IMG/VR virus record: IMGVR_UViG_3300020727_000006
Reading direction: 5' to 3' (one strand)
From: an uncultured virus (IMG/VR IMGVR_UViG_3300020727_000006)
Lineage: Duplodnaviria > Heunggongvirae > Uroviricota > Caudoviricetes
Length of the DNA stretch: 64,000 nucleotides
The translations under genes were made by a program, and so were the position numbers. Below the pieces are notes generated by a model. It worked only from the letters and a program-made list of their open reading frames with translations. It was not told where the DNA came from and searched no databases. Of the stretch, positions 1 to 8,567 are shown in pieces. The first letter of the stretch is position 1; every line of letters starts with the position of its first letter.

Positions 1-64
1 CGAAGTCACTGTTCTTTACAACGGTAATGATTTGTTTATATAAATAACCTAAAATTGGCTGCAC
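1..64 (-). CDS. 5' end of a gene running off the left edge (GTG start, VQPILGYLYKQIITVVKNSDF...)
   Basis: Minus-strand ATAAATA late-promoter motif, then AAGGAG SD, then GTG at 64; frame open to position 1. Confidence 0.45.
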   Translation of the reverse strand, partial: MQPILGYLYKQIITVVKNSDF

Positions 65-89
65 AGAATGGACTCCTTTTATATTTATT

Positions 90-461
90 ATGATTTCAAT
101 TGAACAAATGCTAGAACAATACCCGTTCCTAAGTTACATAAAATATACTCACAGTGATTATATTGGTATTATACAAAATCATGATACCGATATCGTAAGC
201 ATGTATGCTTTTAATAAACTTAGAACAGATAAAGATAAACTTGGGTTTTTAGAAACTGCAGAAATATGGTGGTGGGAATCTAATAGATTAATTCCTATTA
301 ACATATTTCTTAAAGAAAGTTGGAATCCATTCAGGTACAGTACAGTAACGCTAGCTTGCAAAGATATAATAGAACAACATGGACATATTGTTAGCATTGC
401 CAAGCTAGCAGAGAAGCGAACCAAACGCCGTGTAGTGCAATTAGTTCGCAGACTCACTTAA
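90..461 (+). CDS. hypothetical phage protein
   Basis: 123-aa ORF preceded by TATAAATA at 39-46. Confidence 0.65.
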   Translation: MISIEQMLEQYPFLSYIKYTHSDYIGIIQNHDTDIVSMYAFNKLRTDKDKLGFLETAEIWWWESNRLIPINIFLKESWNPFRYSTVTLACKDIIEQHGHIVSIAKLAEKRTKRRVVQLVRRLT

Positions 462-1001
462 TAGATTCATATGAACCATTACTAACTGCGCATAACTGTA
501 TGCGTGTGCTTTCTTGAAGTAATAGCCTTCATGCGGTTTTAACCAAATTTCTTCGGCAATTTCTTTCCATCGTTTTCCAACAAGATATCGTTTACTTGGA
601 CGAATCATTGCTAATACCATTGCTAACTTATCCATTGTATCTGGAAAATGTTTCTGGACAAGATCATAGTGGCCATTAAGATGAATTAACTTATCAACAA
701 ATTCTTTATTGTGAAGTTGGACCCACTGCGGTTCAGTATTACAGAGTTCGTCAAGATGCTCGTTGCTGCGAACTGAATTATAAACATGCACATTCAACAG
801 GTCCAACTTCATATAGCCAAGTTCTTCGGCTTCGTTATAATCAATATTACTTAAACCAGTAACTGGGTTTTGGGGTATGGGATTAACATAAACACCAGTA
901 TTGTGTTTGACAACACTGCCGTCACGGCTGATAGACGCAGGTATATGCTTGATTAGTTTCAAGATATCCTCGCGGTTTCCAAAGTCTATGTCAATGTCCA
1001 T
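441..1001 (-). CDS. minimal DNA polymerase III alpha (DnaE)-like protein, palm/finger motifs only
   Basis: DIDIDF, HNTGVY (cf. HAGGV), MKLDLL, AMIRP, YYFKKAHAYSYA (cf. FNKSHAAAY) in 186 aa. Confidence 0.8.
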   Translation of the reverse strand: MDIDIDFGNREDILKLIKHIPASISRDGSVVKHNTGVYVNPIPQNPVTGLSNIDYNEAEELGYMKLDLLNVHVYNSVRSNEHLDELCNTEPQWVQLHNKEFVDKLIHLNGHYDLVQKHFPDTMDKLAMVLAMIRPSKRYLVGKRWKEIAEEIWLKPHEGYYFKKAHAYSYAQLVMVHMNLLSESAN

Positions 1002-1253
1002 TTATGCCCATCTCATTGCAAATAATGTTACATCTTCCTTATTGAGAAACATATATCTTAGATAATAAATTTGTTTTGGATATGGTTCATATATTTTTTC
1101 CATAAATTGATACCATTTTCCATTAGGATTTTCACTATTATACTCCATACCAATATTTTCTTGACACCATTTCTTATAATCTTTGGGTATCCCATTAAGA
1201 GAAGTACCTGATATCTTGTGCCAATTAGATGTTAATTCATTTTTCATGACCAT
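1002..1253 (-). CDS. small protein, 'F-x-E-D-x-x-F-x-L-R-W' C-terminal family
   Basis: Ends FLNKEDVTLFAMRWA; operon-packed. Confidence 0.65.
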   Translation of the reverse strand: MVMKNELTSNWHKISGTSLNGIPKDYKKWCQENIGMEYNSENPNGKWYQFMEKIYEPYPKQIYYLRYMFLNKEDVTLFAMRWA

Positions 1254-1498
1254 CTCACCAAAAAAAGTGTTCTTTCTTCATCGTTAACAAACGCTAGTAT
1301 CATACCTTTTTGTGACCAACTTGTCAATGAAGAATTGCACCATTCTGCAATATCTTCTTCATTTAATACCCACCATGATACATCAGCGATAACAAGTATG
1401 CTTTTATTTTTTATTAAATCAATAGTATGAATATTTTCAGATAATTCACGAACTTCACTAAGCGATAACCCATTACCAATTATAAATCGTTGAGTCAT
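1244..1498 (-). CDS. small protein, same C-terminal family
   Basis: Ends FVNDEERTLFLVRWS; overlaps neighbours. Confidence 0.65.
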   Translation of the reverse strand: MTQRFIIGNGLSLSEVRELSENIHTIDLIKNKSILVIADVSWWVLNEEDIAEWCNSSLTSWSQKGMILAFVNDEERTLFLVRWS

Positions 1499-2229
1499 TA
1501 AAAACCTGCTTGTCGCAATATATGACGGTTCATTTCAGCGTCTGCTGGATAATCTCGAAGCTTTCTTTGCCAAAAATCAGGATCAATCTGTTTAATAACC
1601 ATGCCAACATGTTCCTCAGTCAAAGTTTCAAGTTTAGCAATTCCACTGTCGCAGCAATATAGCACCCATGGAGAAACACGACCATTGATAATATGCTGCA
1701 CAAATCGACCATTTGAAACAGCTTCAAAATACTGTGTTATATCATTATTGGTATCTTCTGCCCAATCTTGCATAGTTAAGATTGAACGCTCTAACGCATC
1801 GCTACTATTTTCAGTACGCAATAGTAGATGAAGATATTCATCATACACTTTGTCTTTACACCAATTATCAATTTTCAACTGCTGTTTTAATACATAGTCA
1901 GTAAATTGACTGGTGTTAATAGCATTTATACTAACGCAATGTCGCCCAAATTTTACAAATGCGTTATAAAAAGTATTGTTGCAAAAATCTGCATATGTTT
2001 TAAACTTTGCCGAACCTTGTGTAAGTTCAAAGAAACGAAGCCAAGCGTTAAATCCAATGATCACACCTTTTTCATGTTGTTGCTGGTCACGGCGTTTTGG
2101 TTCACACTGGTGAACCGCCAGTGTACTTTCACGCACAAATCCTTGGCTACAGTATTTGCATACATGTGTGCCTGGTTTAACATCTTTGGCTGCTTCTGCT
2201 GCGATTTTGCGCAATTCATCCATACTCAT
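1498..2229 (-). CDS. zinc-finger-containing hypothetical protein
   Basis: CKYC-x12-HQC motif near the N-terminus; packed in replication operon. Confidence 0.7.
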   Translation of the reverse strand: MSMDELRKIAAEAAKDVKPGTHVCKYCSQGFVRESTLAVHQCEPKRRDQQQHEKGVIIGFNAWLRFFELTQGSAKFKTYADFCNNTFYNAFVKFGRHCVSINAINTSQFTDYVLKQQLKIDNWCKDKVYDEYLHLLLRTENSSDALERSILTMQDWAEDTNNDITQYFEAVSNGRFVQHIINGRVSPWVLYCCDSGIAKLETLTEEHVGMVIKQIDPDFWQRKLRDYPADAEMNRHILRQAGF

Positions 2230-2441
2230 TTGTTTATTTCATGCAATACTTTTGCTTGTTGTAACGCATCCATAACACTTGGATTATAACTCTTAAATAC
2301 TGGTCCCCATTCCTTCCAAAAAGAAGCCAATTCCATCATTTCAGTGGAGAACCTAATATCAATGTTTTGACCACCGTGAGTGTCTTGGATATTAATAAAT
2401 GCAACATCGCCAGCATTTGTAAAAGCACTTTTAATTGTCAT
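2226..2441 (-). CDS. hypothetical protein
   Basis: ATGA overlaps at both ends. Confidence 0.6.
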   Translation of the reverse strand: MTIKSAFTNAGDVAFINIQDTHGGQNIDIRFSTEMMELASFWKEWGPVFKSYNPSVMDALQQAKVLHEINK

Positions 2442-2899
2442 TTCATCGCCTCTTTAATTTCTTTATCATTCCAGCCCAACTCTATCAACATTGCCTTAAA
2501 CTCGATATCAGGAATGCTTGATGCCAATAGATCACAATCATCAAGTTTATATTCTGGATATAGTTTTGCAATAATATCCGCTCGTTTGTTCTTTGATTTG
2601 CGAGCATTAAATGCCATCCATTCATGACGATGGTTACCCATATCGGGACTTACCGTTGTCATCAACAGCCACTGCAGTTTAGGATGCTTGTTGATATCAA
2701 AAAACCGCTTGTTAACTCGTTCATTCATTGCTTGCAAGTAATACTGCTGCAACTCTGAAACTCCTGTAACTGCGCTGCCCCAACGCAACATAAGATATGT
2801 AGAGAACTTCTTGCGTTCTTCATCGGTAAGTTCATCATAAAAGGCACGGTTCTTGGTATCCAACTGTGCCATCTCATAACCAATGTCAAGTTTGTTCAT
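2438..2899 (-). CDS. putative clamp loader small subunit (T4 gp62-like)
   Basis: FSTYLMLRW..S, AMNE, LQWLL, HEWM, I..LYP pattern and size resemble gp62; replication context. Confidence 0.5.
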   Translation of the reverse strand: MNKLDIGYEMAQLDTKNRAFYDELTDEERKKFSTYLMLRWGSAVTGVSELQQYYLQAMNERVNKRFFDINKHPKLQWLLMTTVSPDMGNHRHEWMAFNARKSKNKRADIIAKLYPEYKLDDCDLLASSIPDIEFKAMLIELGWNDKEIKEAMK

Positions 2900-2905
2900 T
2901 TTTAT

Positions 2906-2934
2906 ATTATACTACACTATGTTTTGAATGTCAA
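2906..2934 (-). promoter_or_regulatory. sigma70-type promoter TTGACA-N17-TATAAT, leaderless for the 2899 gene
   Basis: Perfect consensus inside the 3' end of the upstream gene; ATG 6 nt after the -10. Confidence 0.7.
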
Positions 2935-3412
2935 TCAATTCGCTTGCTCTGCTAATTTCTTTAACAAAGTATGCACATATTGGCTTTGGTCCATCACTTA
3001 GCGGTATGCACAGTAATTGACCGTTTTTTATTTTAGGAAAATACCAGCGCACATCTTGATAAACATCTGTTATTTCAATATTCATAAACTCTGCACGAAA
3101 TGAACTAATAGGATTAAATGTAAAGGCTTGAAACCCACGATCATTTAATTTTGTCAGTGGTAGGGCTTCAAGGTCACCAATTTCTGCTTCGCCAATAAGA
3201 ATACGCCAATTATATGGCATCATAATTTTATGATTTCCTATCTTTAGCACAAGAGCAGGATCATTGAAACTTTCTAAAAAAACTAATGGTAAAAAGTAAT
3301 AGTCAGCATCTGCTGGATTACTGTTGTCTAACACACAGAACCTAAGATCATCAACTTGGTCTGGTAAATTATTCATTTCAAATACTGTATTTTCTACGGT
3401 TAATATACGCAC
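2912..3412 (-). CDS. hypothetical protein, possibly a degenerate Hint-like beta fold
   Basis: 166-aa beta-rich ORF with GTG start, directly after uvsW. Confidence 0.65.
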   Translation of the reverse strand: MRILTVENTVFEMNNLPDQVDDLRFCVLDNSNPADADYYFLPLVFLESFNDPALVLKIGNHKIMMPYNWRILIGEAEIGDLEALPLTKLNDRGFQAFTFNPISSFRAEFMNIEITDVYQDVRWYFPKIKNGQLLCIPLSDGPKPICAYFVKEISRASELIDIQNIV

Positions 3413-3422
3413 TGCACTTCCT

Positions 3423-4868
3423 TTATTTGTATATGCTTTTTTCTTGTGTAAATGGGTAATTTGCCTCTTTATAAAATTGTTTACGCTTTGTTAAATGTCG
3501 CTTTGCAAATTTACAATCTGCTGTTATGTCCCAGATTTGAACAAAGTCTTTGTCGTCTGCCTTTCGTATGCCTCGTCCAATAGATTGGATAACCCTAACA
3601 AAGCTCTTTCCTGGTTCAAGCAGTACCATATTAAAAATGCGAGGAATATTGATACCCACAGCAGCAACTCCATAGGTAGCAACAATAATCTTGTCACTGA
3701 CACTTGCAATTTCATCATAGTGTTCTTTTCTATCAGCATTTTTCATATCTCCGTGAACAAATATGCTATTTGGTAATCGAGCTACTAGCTCCTCGCCACA
3801 CTCGCGGCGGTCTACTAACACAAGCGTATTTCCTGTTTTAATTATCTCGCTAATAAGACTTGAAAGATGGTCAAGTCTTTCTTTATTTGTTGTGAGATAT
3901 TTTAATTCTTCTTGATAATTTCTAAAGTCGCTGTACTCAACTGTTTGCACGATATTGACATGGCAGTTAGACAGAACGCCACGATCTTGTAATTCACTTG
4001 CGCTAAGCTGACTTATAACTTGTCCAATGGATACAACAAGCGCAACCTTTTCAAATTTCTCTTTTGGAATAGTTCCTGTTAATCCCCAACGAATGGGAAC
4101 ATCTGCAAACTCTGTCGTAAGCAATGCTTTGAGAACTTCTGCTTTTGCTTGATGAACTTCATCGACGATAATTGCTGCAACATTAAGCATCATGGTCCAC
4201 TCATTGCCTGTGCCTTTGCTGCCCTTATAAAGGCTGTTCAGGCTCTGCCATGTGCAAATAGTATGTGTTCGACCTAGTTCTTTGCGTTCGCCAAAATAAA
4301 CGCCAACATCTAGCCCAAGATTTTTATAATCTTCTTCGGTTTGAAGAACTAAACTCTTGCTTGGAACGATAATAATAGAACGACCATATGGTTCAACCAT
4401 AAGGCTTAACGCTGCGGTCATAATAGTCTTACCAGCGCCAGTAGCAACTTCTTGTACACACTGTGTATCGCCTAAAAATTTATTGATAATATCAATTTGA
4501 TAATCGCGCAAAACAATTGGCTGTCCTGCATTTGGATGACCTTTTGGCCAAGTCTTGTGCGCGAATGTATTCTCATCTACTTGTGTAAATTCAAAGGCGG
4601 CTCGCGCTGCACGGCGATCTTCAATCTCAAATTCCCAATTGCGATCCGTTAGATATTCAATTACTTCTGGCAGCAAGTTAATATAGGTAGAGCCACCCAA
4701 CTGAAAGTATGCAATTTTTCCATCCCATCGTCCAAGACGAACAGATGGCAAATATCTGGCGTATGGAACTTCGTACTTAAATTTTGCCACAAGCCTACGG
4801 CGCGTGTCTGCATCAAGTCCTTCAATTTTGCAATTTACTTCGTCCTGAATAATTATTTTGCACAACAT
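3423..4868 (-). CDS. uvsW: UvsW-like SF2 DNA helicase
   Basis: LRDYQ, ATGAGKT, DEVH, GLTGT, QSIGRGIR; N-terminal WDGKI motif. Confidence 0.92.
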   Translation of the reverse strand: MLCKIIIQDEVNCKIEGLDADTRRRLVAKFKYEVPYARYLPSVRLGRWDGKIAYFQLGGSTYINLLPEVIEYLTDRNWEFEIEDRRAARAAFEFTQVDENTFAHKTWPKGHPNAGQPIVLRDYQIDIINKFLGDTQCVQEVATGAGKTIMTAALSLMVEPYGRSIIIVPSKSLVLQTEEDYKNLGLDVGVYFGERKELGRTHTICTWQSLNSLYKGSKGTGNEWTMMLNVAAIIVDEVHQAKAEVLKALLTTEFADVPIRWGLTGTIPKEKFEKVALVVSIGQVISQLSASELQDRGVLSNCHVNIVQTVEYSDFRNYQEELKYLTTNKERLDHLSSLISEIIKTGNTLVLVDRRECGEELVARLPNSIFVHGDMKNADRKEHYDEIASVSDKIIVATYGVAAVGINIPRIFNMVLLEPGKSFVRVIQSIGRGIRKADDKDFVQIWDITADCKFAKRHLTKRKQFYKEANYPFTQEKSIYK

Positions 4869-4904
4869 TTATTTAATATACAGTGTTGTTTATTATAATG
4901 CAAT

Positions 4905-4930
4905 AAAAAAACAGGGCATCTGCCCTGTTT
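4905..4930 (-). terminator. intrinsic terminator
   Basis: aaacagggc-atct-gccctgttt hairpin with U-tract on the minus strand. Confidence 0.7.
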
Positions 4931-4937
4931 GAAAAAG

Positions 4938-5111
4938 TTATTTATTTTTCTTTTCTAAAATTTTTTGAAAATTAACTGTTCCGCCCATACCATATTGCAT
5001 AGTGACCAGTCGCTTTGCGCTCGACTGGTCATTTGCATTTACAGTTACTTGGAACTGAACGGTTGGTTCATGCGGCTTGGATACAAACCCCTTAATATCA
5101 TATGTCTTCAT
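4938..5111 (-). CDS. small hypothetical protein (start revised to MKTYDIK)
   Basis: ATGA overlap with the ATPase stop; GAGG SD. Confidence 0.6.
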   Translation of the reverse strand: MKTYDIKGFVSKPHEPTVQFQVTVNANDQSSAKRLVTMQYGMGGTVNFQKILEKKNK

Positions 5112-5893
5112 GCACCGTTCCTCATAATCGTTACTTCTGCAACACGCTGCCAACGGTTTGGCTGCGACTTACGAAGGTCAGCCAACTTAAGTGCGGTACG
5201 CAGTGACATTTCACGGAACCGATTGGCATTGTCTTTCATAAAGTGCAGGATTTCGGTTTCTTGTGTTTTGGTCATATCATAACCGTTAAACAGTTGTCCG
5301 CTTTCTGCAATTTGCCGAATACGAAGATATTTATCGTGTTCAGTATCCATTGTCAAATCAATATAGTGACAACGAGACTGTAGTGCACCAAGATGATCTT
5401 GTAATTTTTTAGAACGAATATTCTCAAACTTCAAGTTAGTGATAAAGATAACACCGCCCTTGAAGTCAAACTTGTTGGGGATGCCTTGCTTGTGAAGCAA
5501 GTTGCTATCAGCGTTCCAGTGAATAGTGCGCTTCTTGCCGCTATCAAGTGCTGCCTTAAGAATATTGAGCGACAGTTCATCCATCAACACGCTATCGCAA
5601 TCGTCGAACACGAGGACGCTACCACTATCGCTGAACTCATACAGTTTGGCATAGAGACCAAGAGCAGTCATAGCACCCTTGACAACCTGGTACTTGACCT
5701 TGCCAGCAACTTCGTCATACAGTGAGTGCTCGTCCAACTTTTTATGAACGCCATAGGATTTACCAACGCCAGGCGGTCCTACCACGATCATGGCACGAAC
5801 ATCACCTTCCTTAACGGCAGTGGTCATGTCTTCAAGGATTTCAAAACGCTCTGCAATACGAGCCATAATTGCTTCATCTGTCATGCGAGTCAT
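5108..5893 (-). CDS. AAA-type P-loop ATPase
   Basis: Walker A GPPGVGKS, Walker B LVFDDCD, FITN sensor, LQSR; GAGGTG SD before ATG 5893. Confidence 0.85.
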   Translation of the reverse strand: MTRMTDEAIMARIAERFEILEDMTTAVKEGDVRAMIVVGPPGVGKSYGVHKKLDEHSLYDEVAGKVKYQVVKGAMTALGLYAKLYEFSDSGSVLVFDDCDSVLMDELSLNILKAALDSGKKRTIHWNADSNLLHKQGIPNKFDFKGGVIFITNLKFENIRSKKLQDHLGALQSRCHYIDLTMDTEHDKYLRIRQIAESGQLFNGYDMTKTQETEILHFMKDNANRFREMSLRTALKLADLRKSQPNRWQRVAEVTIMRNGA

Positions 5894-5930
5894 AGGACAC
5901 CTCATTGGCTGGTTAAAAGCTTATATATGC

Positions 5931-5958
5931 ATATTACCACAGTTAAATAGGTTGTCAA
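5931..5958 (-). promoter_or_regulatory. early sigma70-type promoter
   Basis: TTGACA-N16-TAATAT with extended TG. Confidence 0.65.
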
Positions 5959-5986
5959 GCAAAAAATGACCGTTTAAGGAAAAAAA

Positions 5987-6334
5987 ATGGCAATAAAAAA
6001 AACATTTATCGTTGAAATACCATCTGAAAATGTTGAATTTTCAAATCTTTTAGTGAGTGTGTTTGATTATAAAAAAAATATCATTGAAAAACTTAAAAAT
6101 GAAGGGAAATTGCTGGCAATTATTCATGGCACTGACTCTACAAAATTTAAAAGTATAAATGAAATAATATTTAAAGATTTAGATAGCGTACTTGAGTACT
6201 ATTCAGAATTGTACAACCCCACAACGGATGATGGAAACCCGCTGTGGATTACTGAATTAATTGCTGAAATAAAACAATATTATGGGAACCAAATTAAAAT
6301 TTCTGAAATTTGGGATTTCAATTATCAAGCATAA
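5987..6334 (+). CDS. hypothetical protein
   Basis: 115-aa AT-rich ORF with AAGGA SD. Confidence 0.55.
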   Translation: MAIKKTFIVEIPSENVEFSNLLVSVFDYKKNIIEKLKNEGKLLAIIHGTDSTKFKSINEIIFKDLDSVLEYYSELYNPTTDDGNPLWITELIAEIKQYYGNQIKISEIWDFNYQA

Positions 6335-7035
6335 TTTTCGCGAGGATAGCGTTCACGGTAATGGCGCTCGCCTGGCTCTAGGCTTTTTGCAAGTTCAACA
6401 TATTTTGGTCCCTTGCTATGCAACCACGCCTCATGATCAAAACGCCAGTGTGGATTGGTTGGATGTGGAGCAAATTGAGTATATGCGCGATTAACTTTAT
6501 CTTCTGGATGATGTAACGGTTCAAGTGTTCCAATATAACTTAACTTTGCCCACCAGAAATTTCCAGCAAAATGTGGCCAAGGCGCAATGTTGTAATTTGT
6601 ACCAACTGCTTGTGCACCTTGATCTAGTGCATCAATATTATCTTGCCATTTTTCAATAGTTGCCCAATTCATAAAATTGCGCCAGTCGCCTACATTCTCA
6701 TCACCCCATCGCAACAGACCTTTTAGATGAATATAACAGACATAGCATTCACTATCAGCGTTCTTTGCTACATGATGCATGTATGACAAAGTTGGATATT
6801 CATGAAACGCTGCGTCTTTGTTTACATTAACAAGAATAATCTTGTTGAATAATTCACTGTTACTCTTGCTTTGCTTCCATGTCTCAAATGTCCAAGGTTG
6901 ACCATTTGCACAGATAATAATTTCTTTAGCTGCAGTTCCTAGCCCACTTTTTTCAATCAATTCCCACTGTTGGTTCATTACATTGTCCCAACCAGCTAGC
7001 TCATTTACATGCCAAAAAATTTTGATATCAGTCAT
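6325..7035 (-). CDS. putative glycosyltransferase-like protein
   Basis: YIHLKG, HFAGNFWWA, R..HE.W motifs of a family usually found in glycan clusters. Confidence 0.5.
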   Translation of the reverse strand: MTDIKIFWHVNELAGWDNVMNQQWELIEKSGLGTAAKEIIICANGQPWTFETWKQSKSNSELFNKIILVNVNKDAAFHEYPTLSYMHHVAKNADSECYVCYIHLKGLLRWGDENVGDWRNFMNWATIEKWQDNIDALDQGAQAVGTNYNIAPWPHFAGNFWWAKLSYIGTLEPLHHPEDKVNRAYTQFAPHPTNPHWRFDHEAWLHSKGPKYVELAKSLEPGERHYRERYPRENYA

Positions 7036-7053
7036 AGTATCCCTTGTTGATGT

Positions 7054-7127
7054 TGGTGGAGAATATCAGAGTCGAACTGATGAATCCGCCTTGCAAAGGC
7101 GGCGGTTTTCCACTAGCCTAATTCCCC
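7054..7127 (-). tRNA. tRNA-Ala(UGC) with encoded CCA
   Basis: Acceptor GGGGAAT/ATTCTCC with G3:U70, A73; anticodon arm CCGCC-TTTGCAA-GGCGG; T arm ATCAG-TTCGACT-CTGAT; promoter TTGACA(7166)-N17-TATATT. Confidence 0.93.
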
Positions 7128-7167
7128 ACTAGATAATAATATATATCCTAATATAATTTTTGTCAAT

Positions 7168-7196
7168 AAAAAAACCCCGCATGAAGCGGGGTTTTT
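7168..7196. terminator. bidirectional intrinsic terminator
   Basis: A7-ccccgc-atgaa-gcgggg-T5. Confidence 0.8.
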
Positions 7197-7290
7197 AACC
7201 ACATAACTCCTGAAAGTTATGGACTACTACTACGAATAGTAGTAGGGGGTAAGCTAGTTAAAGGATACTAGACTCTGCATCTAGTCCCAC
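7168..7290 (-). ncRNA. candidate structured late small RNA (~120 nt)
   Basis: TAAATA at 7299-7294, three hairpins (one with a UUCG loop) and a terminator; no sizeable ORF. Confidence 0.5.
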
Positions 7291-7296
7291 AACTAT

Positions 7297-7479
7297 TTAG
7301 CGAATTTGCAATCCACCAAAATTTCTTTTATCCATACCGTAGCCACGGTCCCACATCTGTAGACGATATTCTACATCACGAACATCATGACAGTCAGCCA
7401 TAAATGCTTCAAACCTGCGTGTCATCTCTTCTTGTTGTGATGGAAAAAGGTTATTCCAAATCTTAATAAGAATCTTCAT
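7297..7479 (-). CDS. DUF3563-like small protein
   Basis: EAFMADCHDVRDVEYRLQMWDR resembles EAYLAEAxDxxDLExRMRxLD; AAGGAG SD. Confidence 0.6.
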   Translation of the reverse strand: MKILIKIWNNLFPSQQEEMTRRFEAFMADCHDVRDVEYRLQMWDRGYGMDKRNFGGLQIR

Positions 7480-7490
7480 TGTTTTCTCCT

Positions 7491-7533
7491 TGCACTGCAT
7501 CATTACTTATATTATAAATGGTGCGTTGCAACA
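7491..7533. promoter_or_regulatory. two PhaR-like TGC-N3-GCA boxes flanking TATAAT
   Basis: TGCACTGCATCA (7491-7502) and TGCGTTGCAACA (7522-7533). Confidence 0.5.
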
Positions 7534-7571
7534 TAAAAACAAGGGGTTTTTGTGAAACTCTGCTATGCGTT

Positions 7572-7772
7572 TTACGCAGAGGATTTAATACTCTTAATTG
7601 TTTCTATAAACAAATATTTAAATTCTTCTTTTGCAGGTAAAAATACTTCTTGTTTAATTTTATCACGGTAGCGATAATTGCTATATTTTTCTTCTTCCCA
7701 CATATCATCTTGTGCATCAATCATTTGTTCCATTGCAAGCACTAGTTTTTCTAATAATTCATCTGTTGTCAT
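7572..7772 (-). CDS. small helical protein, paralog of 56936..57166
   Basis: Ungapped similarity to the 56936 ORF. Confidence 0.6.
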   Translation of the reverse strand: MTTDELLEKLVLAMEQMIDAQDDMWEEEKYSNYRYRDKIKQEVFLPAKEEFKYLFIETIKSIKSSA

Positions 7773-7783
7773 TATAGTTCTTT

Positions 7784-8515
7784 CTATATTTTTAAGATAG
7801 TAACTGATCTATCTAACCATTCAACTACCAAATCAGTTTCATTAAATCTATTAGCAGACTGTATTACATCATCAAGACTATATGGTAATCTACCTGTTTC
7901 TGCAAGTTCATACCAACTATTATAAAGTTTTGGCTCTGCCTCTGTGCGATAAACAGCCGCACGAATCCATCCAGATTGCCGATCTAAGTGAAAGTGTGCT
8001 TGTCTGCAATCAAACCCTGCGCTAGCTAACTGCGCAATAAGATTGCTTAATGTATAGATATGATATGTACCAGCCTTCATATTAACATCAACCTTAAGTC
8101 TTTCTACATGCGAATGAACGCTTAATAGATAAGGTATTTCTATTAAAAGTAATCCATCTGTACGAAGAAGTGTATGCCAATGAAATAGCGTACCGATAGG
8201 ATCAGCAGCCAGTTGCAACACATCATGCGCCCATATAATATCTTGTGGCGGCAATTCTACTTTGCTAAAATCAGCAAATTTCCATTCCATATTCTTAACA
8301 GTGTTTATTATTTGTGCTGGCGCAATTTCAACTGCAGTAACTTTGATATTTCTATCACGCCCGTTTGGGTCTTTAAGGTTTGCCCAAAACACAGAATCTA
8401 AGCCAATACCTGCTCCCATATCGCATACCGTTTCTACGCCGCTAAGATAATCATCTAGCTGTTCTATAAAACCAAGTGTAATCAAACTATGTTGGTGGCT
8501 TTCTTCTGGTGTCAT
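7784..8515 (-). CDS. class I SAM-dependent methyltransferase
   Basis: VCDMGAGIG motif I; DIIWAHDVLQ; LRTDGLLLIEIP. Confidence 0.8.
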   Translation of the reverse strand: MTPEESHQHSLITLGFIEQLDDYLSGVETVCDMGAGIGLDSVFWANLKDPNGRDRNIKVTAVEIAPAQIINTVKNMEWKFADFSKVELPPQDIIWAHDVLQLAADPIGTLFHWHTLLRTDGLLLIEIPYLLSVHSHVERLKVDVNMKAGTYHIYTLSNLIAQLASAGFDCRQAHFHLDRQSGWIRAAVYRTEAEPKLYNSWYELAETGRLPYSLDDVIQSANRFNETDLVVEWLDRSVTILKI

Positions 8516-8567
8516 AATTTTTCCATTAAATATTGCTATACATTATATATTAGGATATTATAAGCAT

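Noticed and set aside
7086..7102. Plus-strand reading as tRNA-Cys(GCA)
   Set aside because: T arm, CCA end, G3:U70 and promoter all fit the minus-strand tRNA-Ala
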